DNA of 64,000 bases from an uncultured Actinomycetes bacterium (GCA_963767005.1 CAVYCN010000008.1:1-64000); one strand, 5' to 3'; shown: positions 49,964-60,342, numbered from the stretch's first letter. The notes: a model not told the origin generated them from the letters alone. Made by a program: numbers and translations.

Positions 49964-50420
49964 AGCGCGAGAGGATCTCATCGATGCGCTCGGGTGTGAG
50001 GTCGCCGTGGAAGTCCTCGTCGATCTGCATCGCCGGCGCGTGGTCGCACTGCGCGAGGCAGACGATCGGCAGGAAGGTGAAGCGGCCGTCGGGGGTCGTC
50101 TCGCCGAGCTCGATGCCGAGCCGTGCGCTCAGGTGCTGGCGCATGCGCTCGTAGCCCATCACGTAGCAGCAGTCGCTGTCGCAGATGAGGATGACGTGGC
50201 GCCCGACCGGCCGCCGGAACACCATGTTGGCGAAGGTCGCGGGCGAGTCGAGCTGCTCGACCGTCTCGCCGAGCAGCTCGGCGATGTCGGCGAGCGCCTC
50301 GTCGGACAGCCAGCCGCGGTGCTTCTGCACGATGCGAAAGGCGCTGGCCGCCGCCGACCGGGCGTGCGGGTAGTGCGGCAGGACGGCTTCGATCTCGGCG
50401 CGTTCTTCGTCGCTCAGCAT
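49956..50420 (-). CDS. nuoE: NADH-quinone oxidoreductase subunit E
   Basis: PVGRH.I.ICDS..C, T.DGRFT.LP..CLAQCD ([2Fe-2S]). Confidence 0.95.
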   Translation of the reverse strand: MLSDEERAEIEAVLPHYPHARSAAASAFRIVQKHRGWLSDEALADIAELLGETVEQLDSPATFANMVFRRPVGRHVILICDSDCCYVMGYERMRQHLSARLGIELGETTPDGRFTFLPIVCLAQCDHAPAMQIDEDFHGDLTPERIDEILSRYE

Positions 50421-50459
50421 GGTGTCCTCAGGGCGCGGTCTGCGGGCCTTGGCACGGCG

Positions 50460-52223
50460 TCACCGGTCCACGTCGGCCATCGTGAAGTCGATGCTGCCGA
50501 GGATCGTGATGAGGTCGGGGATCTCGAGGCCCTCGGTCATCAGGGGCAGGGCCTGCAGGTGCGGGAACGAGGGCGTGCGCACGCGGTTGCGGTAGGCGCT
50601 GTCGCCGCCGTCGCTGACCAGGTAGTAGGTGCTGTTGCCGCGCGGCATCTCGGTCGCGACCGCGGCCTCGCCGGGCGGCACGACCGGTCCCCAGCTCACG
50701 CCGAGGAAATGGTCGATCAGGGTCTCGATGCTGTGCATCGTGCCGGGCTGCTTGATCGGCGGCGTGGCGAGCGGCTGCCGCGACTTATGGTCGCCGGCCG
50801 GCATGTGCTCGAGGCACTGGCGCACGATGCGCAGGCTCTGCCGCATCTCCTGGCTGCGCACGACGAGGCGGTCGTAGGAGTCGCCGCCGGCCGCCGTCGG
50901 CACCTCGAAGTCGAACCAGTCGTAGCCCGAGTAGGGGCGCTTCTTGCGCAGGTCCCAGTCGCTGCCGCAGCAACGCAGGTTGGGGCCGGTGACGCCCCAC
51001 TCGACGGCCTGCTCGAGCGTCAGCGTGCCGACGCCCTTGGCGCGGGCCTTGGTCAGGCGGCTGTCGAGCACCAGGTGGTCGTACTCGTCGAGGCGCGGCG
51101 CCAGGTAGTCGAGGAACTCGCGCACGAGCTCGTCCCAGCCGCGCGGCAGGTCGTCGGCGACGCCGCCGAGGCGGAACCAGCCGGGGTGCATGCGGCCGCC
51201 GGCGACCGCCTGGACGATGTCGTGGATGCGCTCGCGGTCGCTGAACATGTAGAAGACCGGCGACAGGGCGCCGATGTCCTGGGCGAACGTGCCGTAGTAG
51301 AGCAGATGGCTGTTGATGCGGAAGAGCTCGCACATCATCACCCGGATGGCCTTCGCCCGGTCCGGCACCTCGAGGCCGGCCAGGCGCTCGGCCGAGACCA
51401 GGTAGCAGAGCTCGTTATTGCTGCCGCCGAGGTAGTCGACGCGGTCGGTGTAGGGGATGTAGGTGTGCCAGCTCTGCCGCTCGCCGATCTTCTCCTGGGC
51501 GCGGTGGTGGTAGCCGATGTCGACCACACAGGCCGCGATCTCCTCGTCGCGCAGGCCCACCACGATGTGCACGACGCCGTGCGTGCCGCCGTGCTGCGGC
51601 CCGACGTTCAGGAACATGATCTCGGGGTCGGTCGCGAGCTCCTCGAGGCCCCAGTCCTCGGGCCTGAACGCCATCATGTCTTGCCACTCCGCGGCAAGGG
51701 CCGGCGGCATGTGCAGGACGCCGATGTCGGTCGCCCGGCAGTGCTCCTCTTTGCGCAGCGGATGGCCGTCCCACCACGGCGGCGTGAGGATGCGCGGCCG
51801 CCAGGGCAGCCCCTCGACCTCGATGCCGAACATGTCCCAGACCTCGCGCTCGTACCACGCGGCCACGGGGAACCGGTCGGTCACGGTGGGGATGCTCGGG
51901 TGCTCGCCGCGCAGGGCGACCTTGAGGCGCACGTCGGCGTTGCGCTCCAGCGACAGCAGGTGGTACACGACGGTGAAGTCGCTCGCCGGCTGGCCCTCGC
52001 GGTGCACGCGCGTGCGCTCGTCGATCGCGGTCAGGTCGTAGAGCATCCGGTAGGGGCGCTCGACGCCGCTCTTCAGGTGCTCGAGCGCCGCGGCGGCGCG
52101 CTCGGCCGGCAGCCAGACGGTGGGGATGTCGTCGGCGGTCGGCTGCACGACGAGCTCGAGGTCCGGGAACCGGGCCGCGAGCTCGTCGACTACGCCGACC
52201 GGCTGTGCCTGCGCGTCGGTCAC
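50460..52223 (-). CDS. nuoC: Fused NADH-quinone oxidoreductase subunit C/D
   Basis: NuoC WYERE.WDMFG..GHPLRK continues in frame into NuoD FLNVGPQH...HG, IGYHHR, YTDRVDY, E.PRG and C-terminal DVDR. Confidence 0.96.
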   Translation of the reverse strand: MTDAQAQPVGVVDELAARFPDLELVVQPTADDIPTVWLPAERAAAALEHLKSGVERPYRMLYDLTAIDERTRVHREGQPASDFTVVYHLLSLERNADVRLKVALRGEHPSIPTVTDRFPVAAWYEREVWDMFGIEVEGLPWRPRILTPPWWDGHPLRKEEHCRATDIGVLHMPPALAAEWQDMMAFRPEDWGLEELATDPEIMFLNVGPQHGGTHGVVHIVVGLRDEEIAACVVDIGYHHRAQEKIGERQSWHTYIPYTDRVDYLGGSNNELCYLVSAERLAGLEVPDRAKAIRVMMCELFRINSHLLYYGTFAQDIGALSPVFYMFSDRERIHDIVQAVAGGRMHPGWFRLGGVADDLPRGWDELVREFLDYLAPRLDEYDHLVLDSRLTKARAKGVGTLTLEQAVEWGVTGPNLRCCGSDWDLRKKRPYSGYDWFDFEVPTAAGGDSYDRLVVRSQEMRQSLRIVRQCLEHMPAGDHKSRQPLATPPIKQPGTMHSIETLIDHFLGVSWGPVVPPGEAAVATEMPRGNSTYYLVSDGGDSAYRNRVRTPSFPHLQALPLMTEGLEIPDLITILGSIDFTMADVDR

Positions 52224-52224
52224 G

Positions 52225-52875
52225 TCAGACCTCGCTCTGCGGTCGCAGCTCGGTCTCGGCGCTGCGCTCGGGCCGCTTGAGGTCGCGCAGCGACACCGGC
52301 TCGGCGCGCGTGGCGCCTTGGGGGCCGACCACCCAGCTGAGCGGCCGCTGCTCGGTGCCGACCATGGCCTGCAGCAGGAGCAGGCCCTCCATGAAGGCGG
52401 TGGGCGACGGCGGGCAGCCCTGGACGTAGACGTCGACGGGCAGGAAGGTGTCGACGCCCTGCACCACGCTGTAGCAGTCGAACATCCCGCCGGAGTTGGC
52501 GCACGAGCCCATCGAGATGACCCAGCGAGGCTCCATCATCTGCTCGTAGAGGCGCTGTACGATCGGCGCCATCTTGAGGAACACCGTGCCGGCCACCACC
52601 ATGACGTCGGCCTCGCGAGGCGAGATGCGCAGCACCTCGGCGCCGAAGCGCGCGATGTCGTAGCGCGGCGTCACGGTGGTGGCGAGCTCGACGAAGCAGC
52701 ACGACAGGCCGAAGTTGAACGGCCACATCGAGTTCTTGCGACCCCAGGCCACGAGGTCCTGCAGGCTGCCGAAGGCGGTCGGCGGGCGCTGGCCGAACAC
52801 GCCGGGCGCAGTGGTCGCGAGGCCGCTCAGAGCGAGGGCGGTGCGGGAAGGCCCGCTGGTGCGCGGCCGCTTCAC
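52225..52875 (-). CDS. nuoB: NADH-quinone oxidoreductase subunit B
   Basis: [41 protein letters not shown]; GTG overlaps the oxidase stop. Confidence 0.97.
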   Translation of the reverse strand: MKRPRTSGPSRTALALSGLATTAPGVFGQRPPTAFGSLQDLVAWGRKNSMWPFNFGLSCCFVELATTVTPRYDIARFGAEVLRISPREADVMVVAGTVFLKMAPIVQRLYEQMMEPRWVISMGSCANSGGMFDCYSVVQGVDTFLPVDVYVQGCPPSPTAFMEGLLLLQAMVGTEQRPLSWVVGPQGATRAEPVSLRDLKRPERSAETELRPQSEV

Positions 52876-55349
52876 AGCAGGTACACCACGATGAGGATGG
52901 CGATCCAGACGGCATCGACGAAGTGCCAGTAGTAGATCGCCGACTCGACCATGCCGGGGGTGCCGGTGCCGCGCGCGATCGCTGCGGCGGGACCCTCGCC
53001 GGCCGGCACGACGCGACGTGTGCGATCGCCGGCCTGCCGGAAGAGCAGGTAGACGAGCAGCAGGAGCCCCACGGTGACGTGGGCGCCGTGCAGGCCGGTC
53101 AGGGTGAAGAACGACTCACCGGTGAGGCCGCTCGAGAGGCCGAAGCCGGCGTGCGTGTACTCCCAGCCCTGGCCGCCCAGGAAGACCACGCCCAGGATCA
53201 TGGTGACGACGAGGTGGAAGCGGAACCAGCCGATGCGGTCCTTGCGGTAGCTCGTCAGGGCGTAGTGGGCGAAGATCCCGCTCGACATGAGGATGACCGT
53301 GTTGACGATGGGCAGCGTGAGCGGCAGCCGGCCCGACGTCGTGTTCAGCGTGACGAAGTTGTCGTGGATGCGCAGGTGCAGGTCGGCCGCCAGCAGCGCG
53401 CCGAACAGCACGACCTCGGAGCCGATGAAGGTGAGCGTGCCGGCGCCGAGGGCGGTGAAGCGCTGGCCGGGCACGACCGGTGGCTGGGGGACCGTCCAGC
53501 GCGCCGACACCCAGAGGGCGGCCAGGACGAGCAGCAGGGCGATGCCGATGAACGACACGACCAGGCTGGTGAGCAGGCCGACGCCCACGACGACCGCGGC
53601 GAGCGCCGTGACCAAGGGCAGCTTCGTCCAGTGGTCGGCGTGCGGCGGCGGCGCGTGGAGGGCGGCCACCTCGGCGGCTCGTCGGGCCGCCGGCGACGTG
53701 GTGTCGAGCGCCGGGGCGCCGGACTGGCGGGCGCGCTTCATGTCGAACAGCGGACGCTCGCTTGTGATCACCGGCAGCTCGTAGGTGAAGTTGTCCTCGG
53801 GGGGCGGTGAGCTCGTCGCCCACTCGAGTGTCCAGGCATCCCAGGGGTCGTCGCCGGCCGGCTCGCCGGCGACGAGGCTGCGCACGACGTTGACCATGAA
53901 GACGACCATGGCCGCGCCGATCGTGAAGGCGCCGATCGCCGAGACGAGCTCGAGCGTCGTCCAGCCGATGTTCGCGGGGTAGGTATAGATGCGCCGCGGC
54001 GCGCCCATGAGGCCGAGCGCGTACATGGGCATGAAGGTCAGCAGGAAGCCGACCAGGATCACGGCGAAGTGGATCTTGCCGAGGCGGTCCGACAGCATCC
54101 GGCCAGAGAACTTCGGGAACCAGTAGTAGAAGGCCGCAAAGCCGATGAACACGGTGCCGCCGAACAGCACGTTGTGCAGGTGGCCGACGATGAACATGCT
54201 GTCGTTGGCCTGCCAGTCGAAGGGCACCGAGGCCTGCAGCACGCCGGTGATGCCGCCGATCGTGAAGGTCGCGATCATGCCGCAGGCGAAGAGCAAGGGG
54301 GTCTTCAGGCGCAGGCTGCCGCCCCACATCGTGGCGAGCCAGTTGAAGATCTTCACGCCGGTGGGCACGGCGATGATCATGCTGGTGGCCGCCATGATGG
54401 CGTTGAAGTAGCTGGGCAGGCCGGTCGCGAACATGTGGTGGCCCCACACGAGGAAGCCGATGAAGCCGATCGCGGCGAGGCTGATGATCATCGCCGAGCG
54501 CCCGAACAGCGGCTTGCGCGAGAACACCGGCACGATCTCGCTCATCATGCCGAAGGCCGGCAGGATGAGGATGTAGACCTCGGGGTGGCCGAAGAACCAG
54601 AACAGGTGCTGCCAGATGATGGGGTCGCCGCCGCGCGCCGGATTGAACCAGCCCGTGTGGTGGTAGCGGTCGAGGTAGAGCAAGCCGGCCGCCACGGTGA
54701 GGCTGGGGAACGCGAAGAGGATGAGCAGCGAGTTGACGAACGTGGCGATGCAGAGCAGCGGCATGCGGCGGAAGCTCATGCCGGGGGCGCGCAGGCGCAG
54801 CATGGTCATGATGAAGTTCACGGCGCCGGCGATCGACGAGACGCCGAGCAGCAGCAGCGCCACGATCCACAGATCGACGCCGCGCGGCGAGAAGGCGCGC
54901 TCGGTGAGCGGCGCATAGCTGAACCAGCCGGTGTTGAGCAGATCGCCGTTGAAGACGCCCGAGTAGAACAGGATGCCGCCGAACAGGAACAGCCAGTAGC
55001 TGAGCGCGTTCAGGCGCGGGAAAGCCATGTCGCGGGCGCCGATCATGATCGGCACGAGGTAGTTGGCAAAGCCGATCAGCATGGGCATGGCAAACAGGAA
55101 GACCATGGTGGTGCCGTGCACCGAGAAGGCCTCGTTGTACTGCTCGGGGGTGAGCACCTTCAGGCCGGGCAGCATGGTCTGCGTGCGCATCGTGATGGCG
55201 ATGCACATGCCGATCAGAAAGAAGACGAGCGACGTCGTCATGTACTGCTTGCCGACGTGCTTGTGGTCGGTGCCCATGAGCCAGGCGGCCAGGCCGCGCG
55301 GCTCTTCGCCGACGAGGGCGACGTCGTGGGGCAGGGTGATGTCCGTCAT
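52872..55349 (-). CDS. ctaD: A1-type heme-copper oxidase subunit I fused to subunit III
   Basis: [38 protein letters not shown]; C-terminal [13 protein letters not shown] and YWHFVD of subunit III; a single 825-aa ORF. Confidence 0.95.
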   Translation of the reverse strand: MTDITLPHDVALVGEEPRGLAAWLMGTDHKHVGKQYMTTSLVFFLIGMCIAITMRTQTMLPGLKVLTPEQYNEAFSVHGTTMVFLFAMPMLIGFANYLVPIMIGARDMAFPRLNALSYWLFLFGGILFYSGVFNGDLLNTGWFSYAPLTERAFSPRGVDLWIVALLLLGVSSIAGAVNFIMTMLRLRAPGMSFRRMPLLCIATFVNSLLILFAFPSLTVAAGLLYLDRYHHTGWFNPARGGDPIIWQHLFWFFGHPEVYILILPAFGMMSEIVPVFSRKPLFGRSAMIISLAAIGFIGFLVWGHHMFATGLPSYFNAIMAATSMIIAVPTGVKIFNWLATMWGGSLRLKTPLLFACGMIATFTIGGITGVLQASVPFDWQANDSMFIVGHLHNVLFGGTVFIGFAAFYYWFPKFSGRMLSDRLGKIHFAVILVGFLLTFMPMYALGLMGAPRRIYTYPANIGWTTLELVSAIGAFTIGAAMVVFMVNVVRSLVAGEPAGDDPWDAWTLEWATSSPPPEDNFTYELPVITSERPLFDMKRARQSGAPALDTTSPAARRAAEVAALHAPPPHADHWTKLPLVTALAAVVVGVGLLTSLVVSFIGIALLLVLAALWVSARWTVPQPPVVPGQRFTALGAGTLTFIGSEVVLFGALLAADLHLRIHDNFVTLNTTSGRLPLTLPIVNTVILMSSGIFAHYALTSYRKDRIGWFRFHLVVTMILGVVFLGGQGWEYTHAGFGLSSGLTGESFFTLTGLHGAHVTVGLLLLVYLLFRQAGDRTRRVVPAGEGPAAAIARGTGTPGMVESAIYYWHFVDAVWIAILIVVYLL

Positions 55350-56368
55350 CTCAGCTCATTCAGGTAGGCGACGATCTCGCTCACGATCTGCGGCGTGAGC
55401 GGCACGTCGGGCATGCGCGTGCCGGGCTTCACGCCCTGCGGGTCGGCTATCCAGCGCGTCAGGTTCGCCGGGGTGTTGGTGAGGGTGACGGCGGCGATCG
55501 TGCTGCGGCTCGCGAGGTGCGTGAGGTCGGGGCCGAACGTGCCGTGCAGGCTGGTGCCGCGGATGGTGTGGCAACTGGCGCAGGGCAGGCGCGTCATGGC
55601 CGCCTCGCCGGCGATCGCCTGCGTCCCGGTGGCCGTGACGGCAGGCTTGAGCTGGTCGTGGAACCAGGTCGAGAAGGCGGCCGGCGACTCGACGTAGACC
55701 AGGAAGTGCATGTGGGCGTGCTGGGCGCCGCAGAAATCGGCGCACACGCCCAGGTACCTGCCGGGGGTCACCGGCAGGATCGTCAGGTAGTTCACGTGGC
55801 CCGGGATGAGCTGGATCTTGCCGGCGATCTGCGGGCACCAGAAGCTGTGGATGACGTCGGCCGACAGCAGGTCGAGCCTGACCGTCTGGTCGGCCGGGAT
55901 GTGGATCTCGTTCGCGGTCGCGAAGTCGGCGCCCGCGTAGCTGACCTGCCACCACCACTGGTGACCGGTCACCGTGAGCTGCACCGGGTCGGCGGGGCCG
56001 ACGAGCCGTCCGGTGGTCTGCATGGTGAGGCTGAACAGGACGACCACGATGATCGCCGGGATCACCGTCCACACCGCCTCGATCGTCGTGTTGCCGTGCA
56101 CCTGGCTGGCCTCGCGACCGGGACGCTCGCGGAACCTGATAAGCACGAGCGCGAGCAGTGTCCAGACGGTGATCAGCACGCCGGAGAGGATGGCGAACAT
56201 GGTGATGGTCAGCACCTTGATGTCGTGGGCGCTCGCGCCGTGGGTCTGGAACACGTTCGGCGAGACCTGCGTGCAGCCGGCGAGGCCGGCCGTCAGGGCG
56301 ACGAGGACGGCCGCGCGCAGCACGACCGGGCGCAGAGCGTGGACGCGGCGTGCGGGCTCGCGCGTCAT
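55346..56368 (-). CDS. ctaC: Cytochrome c oxidase subunit II with C-terminal cytochrome c (caa3 type)
   Basis: Lipobox LAGC, E.VWT.IP, GHQWWW, DVIHSFW, CADFCGAQHAHM (CuA), CASCH...GPDLTH...KPG..MP. Confidence 0.95.
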   Translation of the reverse strand: MTREPARRVHALRPVVLRAAVLVALTAGLAGCTQVSPNVFQTHGASAHDIKVLTITMFAILSGVLITVWTLLALVLIRFRERPGREASQVHGNTTIEAVWTVIPAIIVVVLFSLTMQTTGRLVGPADPVQLTVTGHQWWWQVSYAGADFATANEIHIPADQTVRLDLLSADVIHSFWCPQIAGKIQLIPGHVNYLTILPVTPGRYLGVCADFCGAQHAHMHFLVYVESPAAFSTWFHDQLKPAVTATGTQAIAGEAAMTRLPCASCHTIRGTSLHGTFGPDLTHLASRSTIAAVTLTNTPANLTRWIADPQGVKPGTRMPDVPLTPQIVSEIVAYLNELR

Positions 56369-57288
56369 CGCGTCACCAGCCTTTCGATGATCATGGCCAG
56401 AAGGAGCACGGCGAGGTACGGTCCCGAGAGCTTGTGCAGCAGCCACGCGGTCGTCCGGCGGCGACGGCCGGCCAGGTCGCCTGCGAGGGCGAGAAAGACG
56501 AGGCCGGCCGGCGCGGCGACCAGCAGGTAGCCCGTCCCGTACATCCCTATCACCACCGGCGTCAGGCTGAGGGCTACCAGGGCGGCGGCGGCGGCGAGGA
56601 TCATGCCCGCCGCCGCGCGCTCGCCCAGGGCGACGGGCGGCGTGGGGACGCCCGAGGCCAGGTAGTCGTCCTGCAGCGCGAAGGCCAGCGCCCAGAAGTG
56701 GGGCGGCGACCAGACCGCGATCAGGGCGCAGAGGAAGACGATGTCAGTCGTCAGGCCGCCGCCGGCCGCCGTCCAGCCGATCAGGGCCGGGAACACGCCG
56801 GCGAGGCCGCCGGGCAGGGAGCTGAGCGCGGTGCGCGGCTTGATGAGCAGCGTGTAGACGACCACGTAGTAGACGACGCCGGCGGCCGCGAACAGGGCGG
56901 CGGCGGCGCCGCCGCAGCTCCACACCGCGCCGACGCCGGCGGCTATCGCGGCGAGGCCGGCGAGGAGCGCGGTCCGCGGGTCGAGCGTGCCGTCGGCCGT
57001 CGGCCGACGGCGGGTGCGCGACATGACGGCGTCGAGGTCGTGCTCGCAGGCGTTGTTGAGCAGGGCGGCGCCGCCCACGGTGAGCGCCGCCGCGGCGACG
57101 ATCGCGACCGTGCTGGCCGGCCCGCGCGGGCCGGCCAGCACGGTCGCGACGAGCACGGTGAGGGCGAAGAGCGCGACGATGCGCGGCTTGGCGGCGCGCA
57201 CGAGCGCGCCGCCAAGCCGCGCATCGCGGTGCAGGCGACCGTTGCGCAGGTCGAGGCGCGGCGCGGCGTGGTCGAGCGCCCAGCTCAA
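56365..57288 (-). CDS. ctaB: Protoheme IX farnesyltransferase (heme O synthase)
   Basis: KPRI, N...E.DLD.VM.RT..RP, YT..IK.RT, W.PPHFWAL, DDY; TTG start overlapping the qcrB stop is inferred. Confidence 0.92.
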   Translation of the reverse strand: MSWALDHAAPRLDLRNGRLHRDARLGGALVRAAKPRIVALFALTVLVATVLAGPRGPASTVAIVAAAALTVGGAALLNNACEHDLDAVMSRTRRRPTADGTLDPRTALLAGLAAIAAGVGAVWSCGGAAAALFAAAGVVYYVVVYTLLIKPRTALSSLPGGLAGVFPALIGWTAAGGGLTTDIVFLCALIAVWSPPHFWALAFALQDDYLASGVPTPPVALGERAAAGMILAAAAALVALSLTPVVIGMYGTGYLLVAAPAGLVFLALAGDLAGRRRRTTAWLLHKLSGPYLAVLLLAMIIERLVTR

Positions 57289-58679
57289 AACGCCGGCTCC
57301 TTCACGATCACCGGCGCGACGGCCGCGTGGCGCCGGCGGAACACGGCCCAGGCGATCAGGCCGACCACAAACGGCAGGCCGAGCGTGAGGCCCTGCATGA
57401 CCGCGACGACGGTCGGCAGGCTCCAGTGGAAGTGCACGGCGTACACGTCGTCGCCGCCGGCGATCAGCAGCATGACGAGGAACGTGACGAGACCGAAACC
57501 GATCGCCGTGCGCCCCGGCCGGTCGCGCGGCGTCTGCAGCAGGTTGTGGAGGTCGTCGTCGCGCGTGATGAAGGCGTCGAGCCACGGCCACGAGAACAGG
57601 AAGCCGGCGATCACGCCGGGCAGCACGGCGGCCGGCCAGAACAGGCCGGGCAGCAGGAAGCCGCCGATGTGGATGTCCGAGGAGGGCATCAGGCGCACGG
57701 CGCCCTCGAGCCAGCCGGTGTACCAGTCGGGCTGGGCGAAGCTCGTCGAGTTCCACGGCGTGTACGGTCCGTACAGCCAGACCGGGTTGATCTGGATGAA
57801 GCCGCCCATCGCCGTGAGCAGGCCGGCGAGCATGAGCATGAAGCCGCTCGTGCGCAGCGCGTAGGCCGGCACGAGCGGCGTGCCGACGATCACCCGGTCG
57901 CTGCGCTTGCGGCCGCGGTACTGCGTGTGGCGCTGGACCCAGAGCAGACCGAGGTGGGCGCCGAGGACGCCCGCGATGGCAGCGGGGACGAGCAGGATGT
58001 GCAGGGCGTAGATGCGCGGGATCAGGCTGTTCGTCGGGAAGCCGCCGCCGAAGAGCAGCGAGGCCATGTTGGGCCCGATCAGGGGCACCGACTGGGTGAT
58101 CGAGTAGGCGATGCGCAGGCCGGTGCCCGACAGCAGGTCGTCGGGCAGCGAATAGCCGAAGACGCCGTTCAGGATCACGAGGATCAGCATGGTCAGGCCG
58201 AGCAGCCAGTTGAGGCGCCGCGGGCGCCGGTAGGCGCCGGTGAAGAACATGCGCAGCAGGTGCAGCACGATGGCCGCGGCGAACACGAGCGCGGCCCAGT
58301 GGTGCACCTGCCTGACGAGCAGGCCGGCGCGCACGTCGAAGCTGAGGCGCAGGACCGAGTCGTAGGCCTGGGACACGACCGCGCCGTGGAGCGGCTGGTA
58401 GCGGCCGGTGTAGACGGTCGGCGCCACCGAGGCCTTGAAGAACATCGTGAGGTAGATGCCGGTCGCGATCAGGATGATGAAGCAGTAGAGGCCGATCTCG
58501 CCGAAGAAGAACGACCAGTCGTCGGGGAAGATGTGGCGCAGCTCGCGACGGATGAGGCCGCCGCCGCCCGTGGTCGAGTCGAGCCAGGCCGCCACCCGCC
58601 GGTAGCGGCCGCGCGGCAGGCGGAACGAGCGCGCGAGCGAGCGGTCGAGCCGGTCGCCTGCTGTGGGCTCGTCAGGCAT
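57285..58679 (-). CDS. qcrB: Actinobacterial-type cytochrome b of the bc complex
   Basis: FPD.WSF..GEI.LY, RQ.HHWAA, H..R.FFTGA.RRPR, GYSLPDDLLSG.GLR, LHI, HL, QPDWY. Confidence 0.95.
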   Translation of the reverse strand: MPDEPTAGDRLDRSLARSFRLPRGRYRRVAAWLDSTTGGGGLIRRELRHIFPDDWSFFFGEIGLYCFIILIATGIYLTMFFKASVAPTVYTGRYQPLHGAVVSQAYDSVLRLSFDVRAGLLVRQVHHWAALVFAAAIVLHLLRMFFTGAYRRPRRLNWLLGLTMLILVILNGVFGYSLPDDLLSGTGLRIAYSITQSVPLIGPNMASLLFGGGFPTNSLIPRIYALHILLVPAAIAGVLGAHLGLLWVQRHTQYRGRKRSDRVIVGTPLVPAYALRTSGFMLMLAGLLTAMGGFIQINPVWLYGPYTPWNSTSFAQPDWYTGWLEGAVRLMPSSDIHIGGFLLPGLFWPAAVLPGVIAGFLFSWPWLDAFITRDDDLHNLLQTPRDRPGRTAIGFGLVTFLVMLLIAGGDDVYAVHFHWSLPTVVAVMQGLTLGLPFVVGLIAWAVFRRRHAAVAPVIVKEPAF

Positions 58680-60342
58680 ACAGGTTCCAGAAGCCGGGGC
58701 CGATGGGCTCGTCGAAGTCGTGCTGGGCCACGAGAAAGCCGTCGGCGTCGATCGCGAGAGGAAGCTGGGGCAGCGGCCGCGAGGCCGGGCCGTGGACCGG
58801 GCGGCAGCCGTCGAGCAGGTCGAAGGTCGACTGGTGACAGGGGCAGAGCAGGACCTGGGCCTCGTCCTCGTACTGCGCGACGGCGCAGCCGGCGTGGGTG
58901 CAGACGCGCGAGTAGGCAAAGAAGCCGTCGGGGCTCCAGGACTCGCGACCGGGCAGCGGTGTGACACCGGCCAGGCGCACGAGCGCGACCTGCGAGTCGG
59001 CTGCGGCGGTGTGACCCTCGGGGAACGCGACGATGAAGCCGCCGCCCTGCAGCGCGTCGCTGCGGATGGGCTGGTTGTCGGGCGTGACGAGGCGGCGCCC
59101 CGGCCGCCATGCCGTCGAGTACAGGCCGCGCGACTTGGGGCCGAGGCCGCCGAGCAGCACGAGCTGGCTCAGGCCGACGACGCCGGCGGCGCTCACCAGC
59201 ACGCCCGTGAGGAACCGGCGCCGAGTGAGCACGCCGGCGCTGCGGGCGAGCTCGTCGCCCAGCGCCGCCGGCTCGTCGGGCTCTCCGGCCGCGGCCGCGA
59301 CGGCCGGCTCTGCCGGCAGCGGGTAGCGCCCGATCTCGACGTCGTCGCCCGAGAGGTCGCGGCCCCAATAGGCCAGGGCGAAGCCCAGGCCGAGGAAGGC
59401 GAGCGCGAGCGTGCCGCCGATCCGCGCGGTGTCGTTGCCGAGCACGAAGAGGACGACGAAGGCCACGGCTCCGCCGACGGCCACGAGCAGCGCGAGGCCG
59501 GCGGGCCACCCGGGCGCCGGCTGCTCGGCGCCGGCGGGCTCTGGCTTGACCTGCCCCTTGCCCCAGGCCAGCCACACGGTGAGCAGGATGAGCAGGCCGA
59601 GGCCGCCGGCGGCCGCGAAGCCCTCGGTCACCGGTCCGACGTAGCCGAGGCCCCAGCCACCGGGCGAAGCCGGCGACTCGAGGGTCTCGACGAACAGGGC
59701 GACCGACGCGGTCTGACGCACGTTGAACGTGGTGCCGGCGAAGATCGGCATGTTGCCGCGGCCGAGGATCATGGCGGCGATGGCCTCAGCCGCGGGGTAG
59801 TTGGAGAGGCGCGGCGCGTTGCGGCCCTGGCTCAGCGCGCCGCCGCGCCCGGTCGAGCTGTGGCAGCCCGAGCAGTAGAGGTGAAAGAGCTGCTGACCTT
59901 CGCCCACCGTGGCGTCGTGGGCCTGGGGCGCCGCGATCTGGGTGGCGACGTAGCCGGCGACCTCGTCGACCTGGACGGGTGAGAACTGCGGGAACGCCGG
60001 CATCTGGACGCCGCCGCGACGCACCATGCCGGCGACGAGGCTGGGAAAGGCGTCGGCCGCCTGGCTCGGCCCGATCAGGCCCTCGCCGTGGTCGCCGTGG
60101 CAGCCTGAGCAGTTCGCCGCGAAGATTGCGGCGCCCGGGCCCGCGGCCGGCGCGGTCGAGTCGGACGCGGCGCCGGCCAGGGGAGTGGCGGTGACCGCCG
60201 GGATAGGGCTGGACGAGGGCGACGCGGCCGCTGTGGGGCCGGCACTCGCCGCCCGCACGACGGCCGGCAGGACGATGGCGACGACCACCGCCACGACGAG
60301 CAGCAGCGCGGCGAGACGAAGGCGACCTGCGCGGCGCCGCAT
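58672..60342 (-). CDS. Fusion of diheme cytochrome c (QcrC) and Rieske protein (QcrA)
   Basis: Signal peptide, CSGCH x2, GPV.EG plus TM (QcrC C-terminus), two further TMs, TRRRFL twin-arginine helix, CTHAGC and CPCHQS. Confidence 0.9.
   Translation of the reverse strand: MRRRAGRLRLAALLLVVAVVVAIVLPAVVRAASAGPTAAASPSSSPIPAVTATPLAGAASDSTAPAAGPGAAIFAANCSGCHGDHGEGLIGPSQAADAFPSLVAGMVRRGGVQMPAFPQFSPVQVDEVAGYVATQIAAPQAHDATVGEGQQLFHLYCSGCHSSTGRGGALSQGRNAPRLSNYPAAEAIAAMILGRGNMPIFAGTTFNVRQTASVALFVETLESPASPGGWGLGYVGPVTEGFAAAGGLGLLILLTVWLAWGKGQVKPEPAGAEQPAPGWPAGLALLVAVGGAVAFVVLFVLGNDTARIGGTLALAFLGLGFALAYWGRDLSGDDVEIGRYPLPAEPAVAAAAGEPDEPAALGDELARSAGVLTRRRFLTGVLVSAAGVVGLSQLVLLGGLGPKSRGLYSTAWRPGRRLVTPDNQPIRSDALQGGGFIVAFPEGHTAAADSQVALVRLAGVTPLPGRESWSPDGFFAYSRVCTHAGCAVAQYEDEAQVLLCPCHQSTFDLLDGCRPVHGPASRPLPQLPLAIDADGFLVAQHDFDEPIGPGFWNLYA

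Noticed and set aside
50460-52875. NuoB/CD as a group 4 [NiFe]-hydrogenase
   Set aside because: The D module lacks both CxxC Ni-binding motifs and ends in DVDR, as in true complex I.
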